A stretch of DNA of 59,675 nucleotides, filler included, from Sphacelaria rigidula (taxonomy: Eukaryota): NCBI GenBank assembly GCA_964200075.2. It is 10 parts of 10 records of this genome, joined end to end, with 100 filler letters (N's around TTAATTAATTAA, not from the genome) between each part and the next. Parts side by side here need not be neighbours in the genome. Positions count along the whole stretch, not along the records: positions 23,913 to 29,790 come from CAXNAA020023792.1; positions 29,891 to 35,768 come from CAXNAA020023793.1; positions 35,869 to 41,745 come from CAXNAA020023794.1; 7 more parts are not named here. The stretch is one strand, 5' to 3'. The position numbers were made by a program, and so were the translations under genes. Position 1 is the first letter of the stretch; the number at the start of each line of letters is the position of its first letter. This document shows, piece by piece, positions 23,813 to 36,186 of the stretch. A model generated the notes under the pieces. That model did no database searches. It had not been told where the DNA came from and saw only the letters and a list, made by a program, of their open reading frames with translations.

Positions 23813-25438
23813 NNNNNNNNNNNNNNNNNNNNNNNNNNNNNNNNNNNNNNNNNNNNTTAATTAATTAANNNNNNNNNNNNNNNNNNNNNNNNNNNNNNNN
23901 NNNNNNNNNNNNTGCTACCGTACATACTCCCGACCGGAGTTCGCAACGGGTATGAAAGCTAAACAGTTGATTTTTCTCAACTTCATCCACACAATTCGAA
24001 CGACTCTCAAGACCTGGGGAAAGGTGGCCGCCTCGGGTCCGCCTAAACACGCAAACATACCGTCGAACAGCAATACCAAACTTTTCTGGGATTGGCATCA
24101 GCCAGTCCGTGGAGAACGGAACAGAAACCGGCAAGTTACCGTTCGTATTAAAAAACAATACGCATGAAACGCTTCGCAGGTTGGAAAACACGCATTTTCG
24201 TGGAAAAGAAACCTTCCGTATCCCCATTAGTTTTTTATGCGTCCGTAAAATCTCTACTGACCTTCATTAATACCTGGCGGGGGGACAGGGAAGCCGTCAT
24301 GTATGTCTGTCTCGTATCGGTGTATAAGATATCGCAGGAGCATCCACCTCCAAAAACTCCACACGCATATTGTATAACCGACATGGAAACAATACTCGGC
24401 CCGCGGATTGTTTTGGGTAGATTTTTTGTGTATGCTATTTTTCTAGAGCTATAGTTCTGGTGTTTTTACGAGAGGCATACGCAGATCGTTAGAAAAGAAA
24501 CGATCAGAGGGATCTTCCTCGGCCTTCCTCACATAGCCCCGCGTTCCGATTTGAGATAAATGGGAAGCGTAAAATGGGAACATATGTTGAGGAGAAACTA
24601 ATGGAGTACTCTTTGAGTGAGTTGGCAGGAATGCAGATCTTTAGCCCTTGGAGAATCGGTGTAAATGTGGTGTCCACAAAGAGGATACATAGCAGTGGAA
24701 GAGGACAAAGTACTGCAGAAGCGAATTTCCACCGCACATATTTCAGCAAGTTTTCTATTTACAGCTGGTTGCATTGTAAGGATCTACTTTACAGCTCACG
24801 GATGATCCGGAGAGAACAGACAACGACATTCTACACCTTCCGTGAGAGGAAGGTGTCGGACTTTCACCCTGTGTGATGAGGTTGTGGTTTGAGCTGACCT
24901 TGGGGGGAAGAGCCAACAAGGCACGCCACCATGTAGCTGATCACTTCACACTAGGTGACACTTAACATGCCACTTAGCTACGTTCAAATGTCGTGACACG
25001 TCATGCCTGGCAACAAGTGCGGGTACATGCGATGGATAGCATTATCACCCACCAGCTTGGTGTTGAGGGCCCTACTTCATCAAGCTAAAAGAAATGTAAC
25101 GGCGGGATCACGAAAGCTCCCCGCAAGTACGAATGATGCGCTTACCTAGCTAGCATCAGTGAATGTTGACCTAAACAAAATGTCTTAGGCCACCTCTTTT
25201 TTGCCCCAACCAATACATGGAATACCGGTCACGGTCGTGAGAAACACTGCACCGCGCGATAGGCATGAAGCAATCTTGCCAGGCGCAAAACGACGCACAC
25301 ACGAACTTCACAACGGAACGTGCGGGACCTCTTGTACGCTTCGTGGGTGCATTGCCGATGGCCGCTGCCAGAAAGTAGGTGATGTTTTCTTTTTCCTAAG
25401 TTGTAGACGGAAGACCGTCAGATAAGCTGCACCGAACA

Positions 25439-25881
25439 GCCGATCATCGAAACTGAGAATGTCGCTTTTCATTGAGGAGGAGAGCCCGGAGGATTACAAG
25501 ATTCGTATCTTTACCAAATCTTCGAAATATGGTTTCAGTCCTTCACCTACTGGTAGCTATTGACAACTTCTACACGCCGTACAAGTTTGGATCTTGACAA
25601 CCGGCATGTCGGGGTCCTAGGTGAAGAAACGCTTTCGAGGAATTTAGGCTGGTGATTCGATCGGATCGCAGAAACTCCGCGAAACTGGTTTTTCACCTAG
25701 GACCCCAACATTTTGGTTACCGAAATCACAATTTTCATGACGCGCAGTACTTGTTAACAGCTACCAGTAGGTGAAGGAATGGAACCATATTTCGAAGATT
25801 TGGTGTAGATGCGCAGATTTTTAACCTCCGGGTTCTTATCCTCAATGAAAAGCTTTCCCATTCTCAGTTTCGATGATCGGC
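25439..25881. mobile_element. Foldback/MITE family E, near-complete palindrome
   Basis: GCCGATCATCGAAACTGAGAATG pairs with CATTCTCAGTTTCGATGATCGGC; inner GGGGTCCTAGGTGAA pairs with TTCACCTAGGACCCC. Second copy at 56791-57231. Confidence 0.85.
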
Positions 25882-26224
25882 GATTACCGGGCGATGAGTA
25901 TAAAGCGATCGTGTCAGGCTCAAAAACGACGTACACACGAGATTGACTCAACGATACCTGCGGGGGGGGTCGCACGCGATAAACTGTGGACACATTTTCA
26001 TACCGCGGCACCTACTACCCCACACCAGGGTGGTGGTGAACAGTAAGACGCAAGGCTGCCTTTAGATTTTGAGAAAACAAACAGGTGTGGTGAGTGGGAG
26101 CACCATCTGTTCGTCGTGCGACCAATAATTTCAGTCGACGAGAAATTGGTTTCGCGTACGCGATACGAAGACGGTGTTCGTACCCTTTACGTTTATCGCA
26201 ACAAGGTGATATTTTTTTGTGGCA

Positions 26225-26415
26225 CTTTCAACACTCCCCCATTCTCGAGACGAGCTCGTGATCGCAAGGGACTACCCCATCTCTACTCCGATACACGCCT
26301 TGCATTTTGGTCACGCGGATTGGGTCAGCACTTATTCCGTACCGCGTTGACACTCGTCGAACAAACTCAGTCAACTACTTTTTGTCTACTCACGTCCTCT
26401 CGCGTTCAACGGTGA
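26225..26415 (-). mobile_element. Partial SINE-like family A copy
   Basis: Reverse complement of the 3' body of 2020-2330 and 8240-8530 (CACGCCTTGCATTTTGGTC). Confidence 0.6.
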
Positions 26416-29400
26416 TAATCACGTACAGTACATAATACTTCGTAGCATGCATGGCTATTTTCCACATATTTTGTCGTGCATGAGTGCGTCGCAAGGATGG
26501 AAACGACAGCAAATATTTTTGACCTAGGAGCAGACGGGATCTACAGATAAATGCTGCCAATCCGTCCATGGTAGTTTAGGGCCACAAGCAACGCACGAAC
26601 ACAGTTTGCGTGTTTGCAGCTGGTACCTTTTCCTCGCACACAAAGATGGGGATGCGGACCACTTTGTCCGACGATTCCAAAAACGACGGCGCCACGACAC
26701 TCGTAGCAAAGGGCACAGTCGCATGGGCGTCTTTGGAAACAGTGACAAACACGCTAACACGGTGCGCAGGGCGGCGGGCTTATAGCACACCGCCACGAGT
26801 CGCCCCAGACAAGGAATACGCATTGAAGACAAATCGGTTTTTAATTATTGGCGTACAATTGTCGGAAACGCTGCTTTTGGATATAGCAAACACAACGTCA
26901 GACAGCCGAATGAAGACTCATCAGCATTCAGCTGTCTTCGAGCATAGCCCTATCGACCGACGCGGCGTCAATGCTGGAGAAAGCATTTTTACAATACAAA
27001 TAGTCTTGAGAAAACATGGATGTGCTCTCAGCTGAAAGTGCCCGGCACACAAGACAAGAAACAGTTCGCTATTGCAGGTTGGGGAGGCACAGGTCCGGAG
27101 AGAGTGTAGCACACCAGACGCGCTAAAGTAGGTGTATATTACTTGCCCGCAGCAATAAGATGGAGTCGAATAAATAAAAGATAAATCAAACAAAAATATA
27201 TTATAATACAACAGTTGGTGCCGGATGTTGACGGGAAATATCACGCATCATTGAGGCAGAGAATATAGCTTGTTTTGTTTACTTCATTATTTGATCCGCT
27301 CAACAATTTATGTAGGTTGATTGTCGCATATTACAGGCAACTTTCAAACAGGGTTTTCGCCAGATTGATAGTGTAGCTTCTGATTGAGAGTCAGCTTTGA
27401 ATAGGAACACGTTGTTTTGATGTGCCACTATTGACGAATGAAACATTGGCATTATTGAACGACAGGTGTGGTGATGCCGATTCAACAGATCACCTACCTT
27501 AGCGGTGAAAGGGTTGATTCGAATCACGTTGTGGAACACGTGTAGATAAGAGTCGCTACCTTTACGACCCAACAGTGGTAAGGAAATATCCGCTTTGTTG
27601 AACTATAGCATGAAAACATATGGGAATGAGGATATTAATCATCGAGGTACTCCTCTCGTTAATGCACCGTTGTACATCGGACAACTTGTCATTTATGGTC
27701 GAACATATTGCTATGCATTTCAAAAATGTTCTTCAGAGATTAAGAAGTTGAAAACAAATGTAGGGTAGTAAGCCGTCCTGATTTCAAAGACCATTATGTT
27801 GTCGTTTGTTGCTTTCAGATTATATAGCCAAGTACTACCTCTTCGGAATGTCAATCGTGTGACCTCCAGGCTTGGCAATCAAGGTCACGCAGTAACTTCT
27901 CCACTGAAAATGATGCATACCCCACGAACGGCTAAAGGGGCTGGCTCCCAATCAGAAGCTACGTAGACTCTCAATCTGACGAAGACCCTGTTTTTCATTG
28001 GAGGGATCGAGTGTTGTGGAGATACTCATGCATCGCCTTCGCGTTTTTCATCAACTTACAGTAGTAGCAGCACTGTTCCATGTAGCGTATTCAGTACAGT
28101 ATGTGTTATCGATATGATATGTGACGGTTGGCTTGTAAGATGTGCGGAGGAATTACCGTACAGTATTTATCTCGCCGTGCAATGCTCGATCTCATTCTTT
28201 GTCATCTCTCTGGATCGTCTTGGTACGGGAGTATTAGTCATGACCCCAATCCGTGACAACATGTCAGACAAATACCAAGGAGAGATATGGGTCCATCCCT
28301 TGAGACCACGGGCTCGTCCCGACAACAGCGGACGAAGGCGGAGTCAAACAGTATGGCGACTATGCATATCCCAGTAGTGAACAATGACACTCTCGGATTT
28401 TGTCAAGCAAGAGAGAGCCTAAATCAGTGGATGTCATGGTAGACGTTGCACATTTGGCTCCAGATGTTTCTCATTGAGAGTCATGCTCCGTTAGAGGTTG
28501 CAAATTTTAGCTCAAGTCTTTCTCATTCAGGGGCTCCTAAAGTTAGTAGCTACACAAGAAAACTGCTTAGGATATTGTCCAGTGTCTCAAATTCATTGGG
28601 GGTACATCCCTAGCCCATTGAAATACTAATCGCGGCATGCCCTCACAGATTTCTTCAGCAAGTTTTTGGATGAGATAGAGGGCTCCTAACAATTCGAACC
28701 TCACAAAATACTTGTGCACCCCTACCGTAGTACCACTCTTGAGGGGCTCACGAAGTTCGGAGCTGCACAAGAACATGGATGAAGACATTCCCGTTCAAAA
28801 ATTCATCCCAGATGTCCCAACCCCACCGGAATACTAGTTGTGGCGTGCTCTCACATATTCCATGAGCCGTGTTTTGGGATGAGGTCAAGGGCTCCTAACA
28901 ATTCGAACCTGCGACATCTGTTGTGCAACCCTACTGTGGAAATACTCTGGCTAATTTTACGGTGCACCGACACGGACGGCGATCTGGAGTACGGGAGGTT
29001 GAAAATTACACATCATGCATAATGTTGCCACTCAAGTCTTTTAGACTATATACGATGAAATATATTATAACTCCTCACGACACATCATCACGGGGGCCGA
29101 TCACCTATCGCACCTGTAAACCCTCACCTAGGGTAGACACCCCGTCCCTTGCCAACGCGGAGGTATCTGCTATAGCGATATATGGATACCATATATCGCT
29201 GGTAGGAAATGCTACAGCCCCAAGGGAGTTCAAGACATCAACAACCCGCCTATAGAATGACATTCTGAAGTTAACCCTCGCAACACTGCACGAGCCAGAC
29301 ACGTCAATGTTCCACACCCTGGACAATGAGACAATAAATGGTCAATAGATGCAATAGACAAGATATGTACTGGATAAAGCATAGGCATGTTGCAACTATT

Positions 29401-31689
29401 GCCGGCAAACAATAGTTACAATAGGTTTATACTTTACCCAGTACGTCTTGTCTATTACATCTATTGACCACATGATATCCAGGGTGTGCAATGTTTTGCG
29501 GTAAATGTTTCTGCGTTAAAACATAAAATGCGCCCATCTCTATATTTGCGGTCGCAAGTGAGTGATCCCCGAGGGATTTAACCATGCTCATTATCCACAA
29601 GATGGACGTGCTCAAGGCAAAAAAAAACAGAACCGAAACAGTCGCTAAAGAAACCTCGAGGAAAAAGGAAAAAGAGTGAGGGAAGATGAAGCAAAAAAAG
29701 AGGGAATTGAACTAGAAACCAGAGACAATACAAAACAGAGGAAGACGTCGAGGAAAACGAAGAGAAGTCATCCTACGATAGGGGGGGGGGNNNNNNNNNN
29801 NNNNNNNNNNNNNNNNNNNNNNNNNNNNNNNNNNTTAATTAATTAANNNNNNNNNNNNNNNNNNNNNNNNNNNNNNNNNNNNNNNNNNNNTCAGGGAAAG
29901 CACGGCTTTTGAGTTGAACCTCATTTTTTTTTTCAACCCCATTTTCGAAAATCGGCTGTTAAATCATATTGCCTACAACACCGTAATTAATTGAGGTGTG
30001 CGAGATTTGCACTGTGAGCTGAGATCAGTTTTTCAGGGTCCGTCGATCAGAGATCATGTCAATATAATGATGCCCCCTTCTGCCATTTTCGCTGACAGAT
30101 ACTCAGGCCGTGTCTTCTCAAGTTTTTATCGTGTCGAAAACGTGCGGTCAAGTAGAATTCCCTCGTTTCTGATTCGCCCACGCTGCTGATTTTCTCGTAT
30201 GGTTGAGAACATGGATGCCGTGGACGTATCAGGTACTACAAGCAAATTCGATTCCACCGTACGTTTTCGAGTCGAAAACAATTTGATAAGACACGGCCTC
30301 AGTCTTCTTCTCAAGAGAGCATCTTGCCTACAGAGAGATGCATCGAGTGGCGCGAGATTCCCACTATATAGTAGTTTGGAGCTGAAACAGTTTTTTTTTG
30401 TAATTTTTCGTCGTCGATGATATTCAGTAGTTTTTTGCGTGCTACCGCTTATCCAAGTGAACGTTTGATGGCGAAGGTTGGGGATTGGGAGATATAATAA
30501 CAGGCATCCGCTCCATATTCCGACACAAGAATCTCCTCTGCGCCTAATATCGAACAATTTACGGGCTGAGTTAACGGGGGGTGTTTTTGATCGTTTTTGG
30601 TCCAAAATACATATATATTCGGCTGCAATGCGATGGATACGAAAAATTAAAAAACAAGGGTTTGTTAAATTATTCACGAGAGCGATCGGGATTGGTTCAC
30701 CCCCCCTCCTGTGCTATTCAAAGCTCGGCCGGGCAATTTTCATAGTTGAATACTTTCATGAATCGTTCTCGTATATTACTCTTCCTGAGCACTCGAAAGC
30801 CCTAGCCTCCATACATATTGGGAAAAGTTGTACATGGCACCCAGGGCACAATCCTAATTTGGTGTTGTCGGGGCGATAGGGAGTACGTACCTCGTTCATC
30901 ATCAGGGGGTGCTATCGACCGTCCCCTGACCGAAAAAAAACTTTTTTCAGCTCTAGCGTAATGAATAGGTGGAAATTCATCAAGGCATTCCTTTTCAAAT
31001 GTTCACGAGAACGAGCGGGATTACCCTTGGCAAGCTGCATTTCTCCTTGGCGGCACTAAGACGCCATCGACCTGAGATGGCTGCGTTTCGTGATGTTCCG
31101 ATGACCCATGAGTGCATCAACCTTCATTTCAGAAGTTTTCAGTGCCACCGAAGCGAGCGTGAGGGTGTTCCCCCACATATACTTGGGGTTCCCGTGTGGA
31201 TGTAGCCTGCGTTGCTGGTTACTGCCAGTATACGATAACACCAGCGCTGTACAGGCCCTCCCGGAAGCAAACGGCTACAACAATGCCACGGAAAAGCGCG
31301 CCCAATATTCGAGTAAGTGCTGTCATCACATGCTCGAAGGCGGATCTGATCACACGAGAAGACCATGCAATCACACATCATCTTTCCAGCAGTAATTTTC
31401 ATGTTGTACAGACAGTACCGCCTTCGAGATCCCTCTGAATCCTGCGATTCTTCCACAAAACTGCCTTCGGCCACGTGACTTTCTTCTCCTATTGTCGACA
31501 ATACTAACCCTACAACAATTCCCTCGATTGAACTTTGGGTGCACCGTCCTCATGCTTCTTGACCATCTGACCCGCTTTTGCACCCGTCGTGCCACGTTGT
31601 CACGCCACACAGGTTATGGGGCACCAACACTGAGGCCGTTTTTTTCCCCTCTTTCACAACAACACAACCCACAACGTTCACTTGATTTC

Positions 31690-31830
31690 ACTGTACCGGT
31701 TTTTCTAGAGCACCCCAGGAACTACCGCTCGCTACTTCTAGCGGTGATCATGGTGAAGCAAGGCACTGCTGAGCTTGACCTGGTGTCCTGTCGAGGTCCG
31801 CGAGAAAATTCCGGCAAAAGTATCAACAAA
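31690..31830 (-). repeat. Diverged tandem duplicate of the UBE2W terminal exon and flanks
   Basis: Plus-strand blocks AGAGCACCCC, CTTCTAGC, ATCATGGT and TGAGCTTGACC repeat ~145 bp apart (31690-31800 vs 31836-31945). Confidence 0.8.
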
Positions 31831-31881
31831 AAACACTGCACAGGTTTTCCAGAGCACCCCCAAAACTGTCGTTTCCTCCTT

Positions 31882-31940
31882 CTAGCAGTAGTCATCATGG
31901 TAGATCCACTGTTGAGCTTGACCAGGTTTCGCGTCCGCGT
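31882..31940 (-). CDS. UBE2W: UBE2W-type E2, terminal exon ((H)ADAKPGQAQQWIYHDDYC*)
   Basis: TTGCAG acceptor, correct phase, family-typical C-terminal W-x-Y-H-D-D-x-C then TAG. Confidence 0.9.
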
Positions 31941-32735
31941 CTGCAAGCGATTCCAGCAACAGCAACGAAAACAACACCGAAACAAAATCCAACACGGGTC
32001 TGTGTGAACGTTGGGCAATCACAGCTCAGAAGGCTCATTACACTATTTCGCGGTATCATGGCTCAGAGACTTCATGCTTGTGTCTTGAGGCTGGCACAAT
32101 GACATCACCGCAAATCATGAAAATCGAGCTTTTGATGCGTACGTTGCGACCATGTGAAGGATAGGTGCTGGTACGATACTGTATGTGCACGACTCGTTAG
32201 TTTGGACGCTGGAGAAGGTGTACAACCCAGCTTGGAGGGCGGGCCGGGGGGGGGGGTAGTCTTGATTATGCATGCCATAGTCATGAGACCATCGACCTCG
32301 CATCCCTACAAAGCCAGGACGGGGGGGAGGGGTGGAGTGAAACCATACGAGCCTATCGTTCGTATGCGAATGCACATTGCACAACATGAACAGCTGGCGC
32401 GCATGAACATTCTGCAGATTTCTCCAAGTGCTTCTTGTCAGAACAGAAATACGTGGCACACTTGCGCAATGGGAAACAGCATGCACTCAAGGTGCTCGCC
32501 AAAATATACATACGGGGGTAGTAACGATCAACACAGGCAGAAAAATGCAAGCGTCAGACCTTAGTTTACAAGTCTGCACGGCTACTGTAGTATTCGCCAG
32601 TGGAGCACGTTTCAAAGCTCTGTTTTCATGGTGCAGGGGGAAATCAGGACCACGCAATATTCTGCAAACGTACAGTAGCTTTGATTCCACTTGTGAGAGA
32701 ACAAGTCAGAGAAGAGCATAACATACATAACTCAC

Positions 32736-32809
32736 GTGCTGCGTTGTCCTGAGGAAGGCTTTTGCTCTTGGCGCTCGAAAGCATACTAAGGATGCTCAGT
32801 GCCAGAGAC
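32736..32809 (-). CDS. UBE2W: UBE2W-type E2 exon (SLALSILSMLSSAKSKSLPQDNAA)
   Basis: CCGCAG acceptor, GTGAGT donor, phase-compatible at both ends, SILSMLSS...P.DN motif. Confidence 0.9.
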
Positions 32810-33237
32810 CTGCGGTGGCCATTCACGTGAAAAAAAGCTGGCAAATGTTACACACAGATATAATTTCGTTTCGACCCCTACAATCAGGGTCAATTATGCA
32901 CAAGTTTGCCCCTCCAGCTGCTTGAATTCCGCCATACTTGTATCCAAGCTGCTTCACTCCAAACGGCTTGAACAGCTTCCCAGGCAGCGCGTCGATTTCG
33001 CATATTTGTCCCTCCAAATTGGCGATTTTACCGAAAACTATAGTCGGTAGTGTGTTGTACTGCGTCCAGTGGAATGCGATGCTTGAGAGCGTCGGCGCGA
33101 GATGGAGTCAAATATAGCGTGGTGGACAACATACCACGTGAATCTGTAGATAAAAAAAATCCATAGACGGTGGAGCGCACCTAAACAAGCAAATAAAACA
33201 TGTACTTCGCATCACACGAATTTCAGCACAAACTCAC

Positions 33238-33311
33238 ATGACGGTCAAATTTGGCTTCCAATCCCTAGTGCTCAACAAGCTCAAGCAGATATCCCCGTTG
33301 GAATAGATGTG
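33238..33311 (-). CDS. UBE2W: UBE2W-type E2 active-site exon (HIYSNGDICLSLLSTRDWKPNLTV)
   Basis: CTGCAG acceptor, GTGAGT donor, catalytic Cys in NGDICL. Too short for the ORF track. Confidence 0.92.
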
Positions 33312-34189
33312 CTGCAGTAGGGGCAGAAACACATTACACACAGAAACGTTGAAAACAAAAATGCAGCAATGATACACTTAGCACATGTTCTGATAGAATC
33401 AGACTTGCCACCCAGTTCGACGCAAGTGCAGGTATTATCAGTGCGGTTTGACTTAGTCGGTGGCTCGCCTGCAAGACGAATGAATAGTGCGTGACAGTTG
33501 TGTCACCTGTTGATTAATATATGAAACATCGAGTTGTGCAGCATACACAGATACGTACATACGGAGCGAACAACGAACACCAGGTGGTGACCATGAATCG
33601 GGCAAATTTGTTCAAGTCTTGAAAAAAATCAAGCAGGCAACACCCACATGCCCCCCCACATGCCACAAGGTGGTTTCTCTCGCGGGCATCATGGATACAG
33701 CATCGCTGTCGCCTTTCTTTTCTATCGTTTACACCCGCCAGTTACTCCTTCCCGCGAATGCAGTTAAATCTGCCTATAGACTACGATTCGTTCTCGTCTG
33801 ATGACCATGGCTCAGCGCCGGTCACTGTTCTGCGGTTCAGAGCAGGCTCACCTAGTGTCACCTGCATGAGTATACAAGTGCCACAAAAAATATCCCCGGT
33901 ATTGGCTTACTCCAGGTTACGGAGTATCATCACGCCTGTTGTTGTTGTCTTCACATTAAAAAGTCGTTCCGGTATCTGCGCAGTGCTGTACTGGGCATCT
34001 GACTCGGACGTCTTCCGTGGTCACAGGCTACCACCTGACAACGGAAAAAAACAACCTCGATTAATCGATAAGCAAGGGCCTGTACTTCCGAAAAGTTCCA
34101 CGTACACCAACACAAATTTCGGCCGCCTGGTCGCACTGCAGAGTCTTCGACATCATCGACGTGCGGCACCCGTCACCGGGAAAGGAGGG

Positions 34190-34330
34190 GGGAGGGGGGC
34201 GTACTCATTTGTTGCTTGCCTTAGATATTCGATCATAGTCCACGCATCCCTTTCGAGAAGGAGCGCCGTTCCTACTCCTAATGGAGGCACCTTCAACATT
34301 TGGGCGTTCATCACATTTTCTCATATGTTA
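34190..34330 (+). repeat. Dispersed repeat family F (also ~34920-34990, ~55408-55500)
   Basis: Shared GGGGGCGTACTCAT(T/G)TGTTGCTTGCCTTAG...CCACGCAT(C/T)CCTTTCGAGA. Confidence 0.8.
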
Positions 34331-35177
34331 CACGAGACCATTTTTCAAATAATATCCCCTTCCTGTATGGGGGGGGGGGGGAAGCTACTACTACTACACG
34401 CCGTCACCTATACACAATACTGTTACGACGATATTCGCTTCGGCGGGGGAAAACAAAGCCGACACTCACGACCTTGACATTACCTATGTATAGGAGGAGA
34501 GATATGTAGCTTGAGACCACGGATCCCGAGGAAAGGGAGGGGGCTTGAACTGTGATTTTAAAAAAAAAGTGACTCGGACACGAAACCTCACGTCGACCGA
34601 AGAGGTCTTGAATGATCTCAGGTTATGGGACCAACGAGCTTTCCCGTGGTACCAGGCCACGCAAGTCCATTGCGCCAGGCAATCAATACAGAAATTCAAC
34701 ACTCAAAATGACGACATGCCCCGCGCGACGACAATGCCCTAACGGAAGACCGCCTACTGGGGGTACTGTGTCGGTGCTCAAGCTATACAGTCTGGGTTCG
34801 TGGATCAAGTGTGGAGCACCCACAGCTTGATTGATACTCCTGAAGAGAATAGATCGCTTCTTGGGAACCAGACAGCTAGCAACCTGTTGATCGTGGGAAA
34901 TGACACTCGTGGATGGTATCTAGGGGGGGCGTACTCATTTGTTGCTTGCCTTAGTCGTGTGACCATTGACCACGCATCCCTTTCGAGATGGTATCCAGGG
35001 GACCGGAATTACGGAACCTCCGGAACGTCAGGAGGGTACTTACTCTACACACGTAGACAGCACTTTGACAGCTACTGGTTTCAGAGGGGTCACGCAAAAA
35101 AAGTTGCCGCGAGTTGTACACAGCGTGGAGGTGCGGCAGCACGTTTGAATCATATCGCAGTGATGGGCCATTTTCAC

Positions 35178-35322
35178 CTGATGCCTGGGCGGGGGAGGGG
35201 ATTGCAAAAAGTAGACCGCCGGTGGCTTGGTGGGATAATCCTCCGGAAAGGCAACCCTCAGCCGAAATTTCTCCCCTGCGTAGATTGTCCCCTCCGCGCC
35301 GCTAATGGTGATGATCCACACC
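35178..35322 (-). CDS. UBE2W: UBE2W-type E2 exon (VWIITISGAEGTIYAGEKFRLRVAFPEDYPTKPPAVYFLQSPPPPRHQ); upstream exon(s) absent from this contig
   Basis: GGCAG acceptor, CAG|GTGAAA donor, UBC-fold motifs GT.Y.G..F and FP.DYP..PP.V.F. Confidence 0.92.
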
Positions 35323-36055
35323 CTGCCGACATTTGGAAATCCATCGCACTTTTCAAACAAAGGACCTGGTCCCGTGAGAAAAATCGAGACCGAAGCACTC
35401 GTCATCGGGGTGCTATACTCAATCACAAACCTAAGCGACGAGACCGTGCAATAATGGTCTCAACTAGCTGCTTGCATTTTGTTCTCCAGCAGGACCAACG
35501 TGGACCCAGTCGTGAACCTTGCCATTGTCCTCGCACCCGCCTACGCCCAGCGGGCGTTGCGGGCGTTGGGTGACGCACTCGACGACGTCAGTGATCACGT
35601 CGAGGGACAGAGACTGCGTCTGTTTCCGTGAAACGACAACGAGATCAACACCCACGTCAGCCTTTCGGGCTATAGAATGAAAAAAAAAAAACGCAGGGGG
35701 AGCCCATGCGGGGAAAATGCGGGAATATAAATGACAAAGCTCTCACCCCGTCTCTTTTGCCCCCCTGANNNNNNNNNNNNNNNNNNNNNNNNNNNNNNNN
35801 NNNNNNNNNNNNTTAATTAATTAANNNNNNNNNNNNNNNNNNNNNNNNNNNNNNNNNNNNNNNNNNNNGAGTTGCTTTATTCTGTGGTATCACCACTTCC
35901 AGAGACAGCCACGGCTTTTACACTGCCTCATGGGTGGCCACACAGGGGGTGCTTCATTTCGTTTCCGTTCGATTTACTTTGACTTTTGCTTGTACAACGT
36001 TTTGAAACTAAATTAATGGAAACAAATAGTGAAAAAAAATCGCCGGTCTCCTTAC

Positions 36056-36186
36056 CGGTAGGCAAGAGTGTGGTAAAAGTCACGAAGAGGTCCTGCAGGC
36101 GGGGGTTGCATCGCAGCGAGAACGCTTCCGCCAGCCGCCACCACATTGTTCCAGTCTAGGTAGCGCAACTGGCCCTCAGCGAAAAC
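36056..36186 (-). CDS. Predicted nucleotidyltransferase-fold protein, exon D (VFAEGQLRYLDWNNVVAAGGSVLAAMQPPPAGPLRDFYHTLAY)
   Basis: CCTCAG acceptor and CG|GTAAGG donor, in phase with exon C. F.EG.L..LDW.NVVAAGGSV resembles, from memory, uncharacterised fungal and giant-virus proteins with a Pol-beta/CCA-PAP-like head. Confidence 0.8.

Noticed and set aside
24640..24700. Minus-strand GHHIYTD resembling a piggyBac catalytic motif
   Set aside because: Surrounding residues lack the expected DN(F/Y)(Y/F)TS and the frame has stops; too short to support.
31605..31625. CA-GGTTATGGGG as another copia LTR/PBS junction (similarly TTATGAGCC at 1-9)
   Set aside because: No gag downstream and no definable LTR.
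33758..35573. Plus-strand ORFs of 239 and 257 aa
   Set aside because: They run through dispersed repeats and antisense to a UBE2W exon and introns; no protein motifs.
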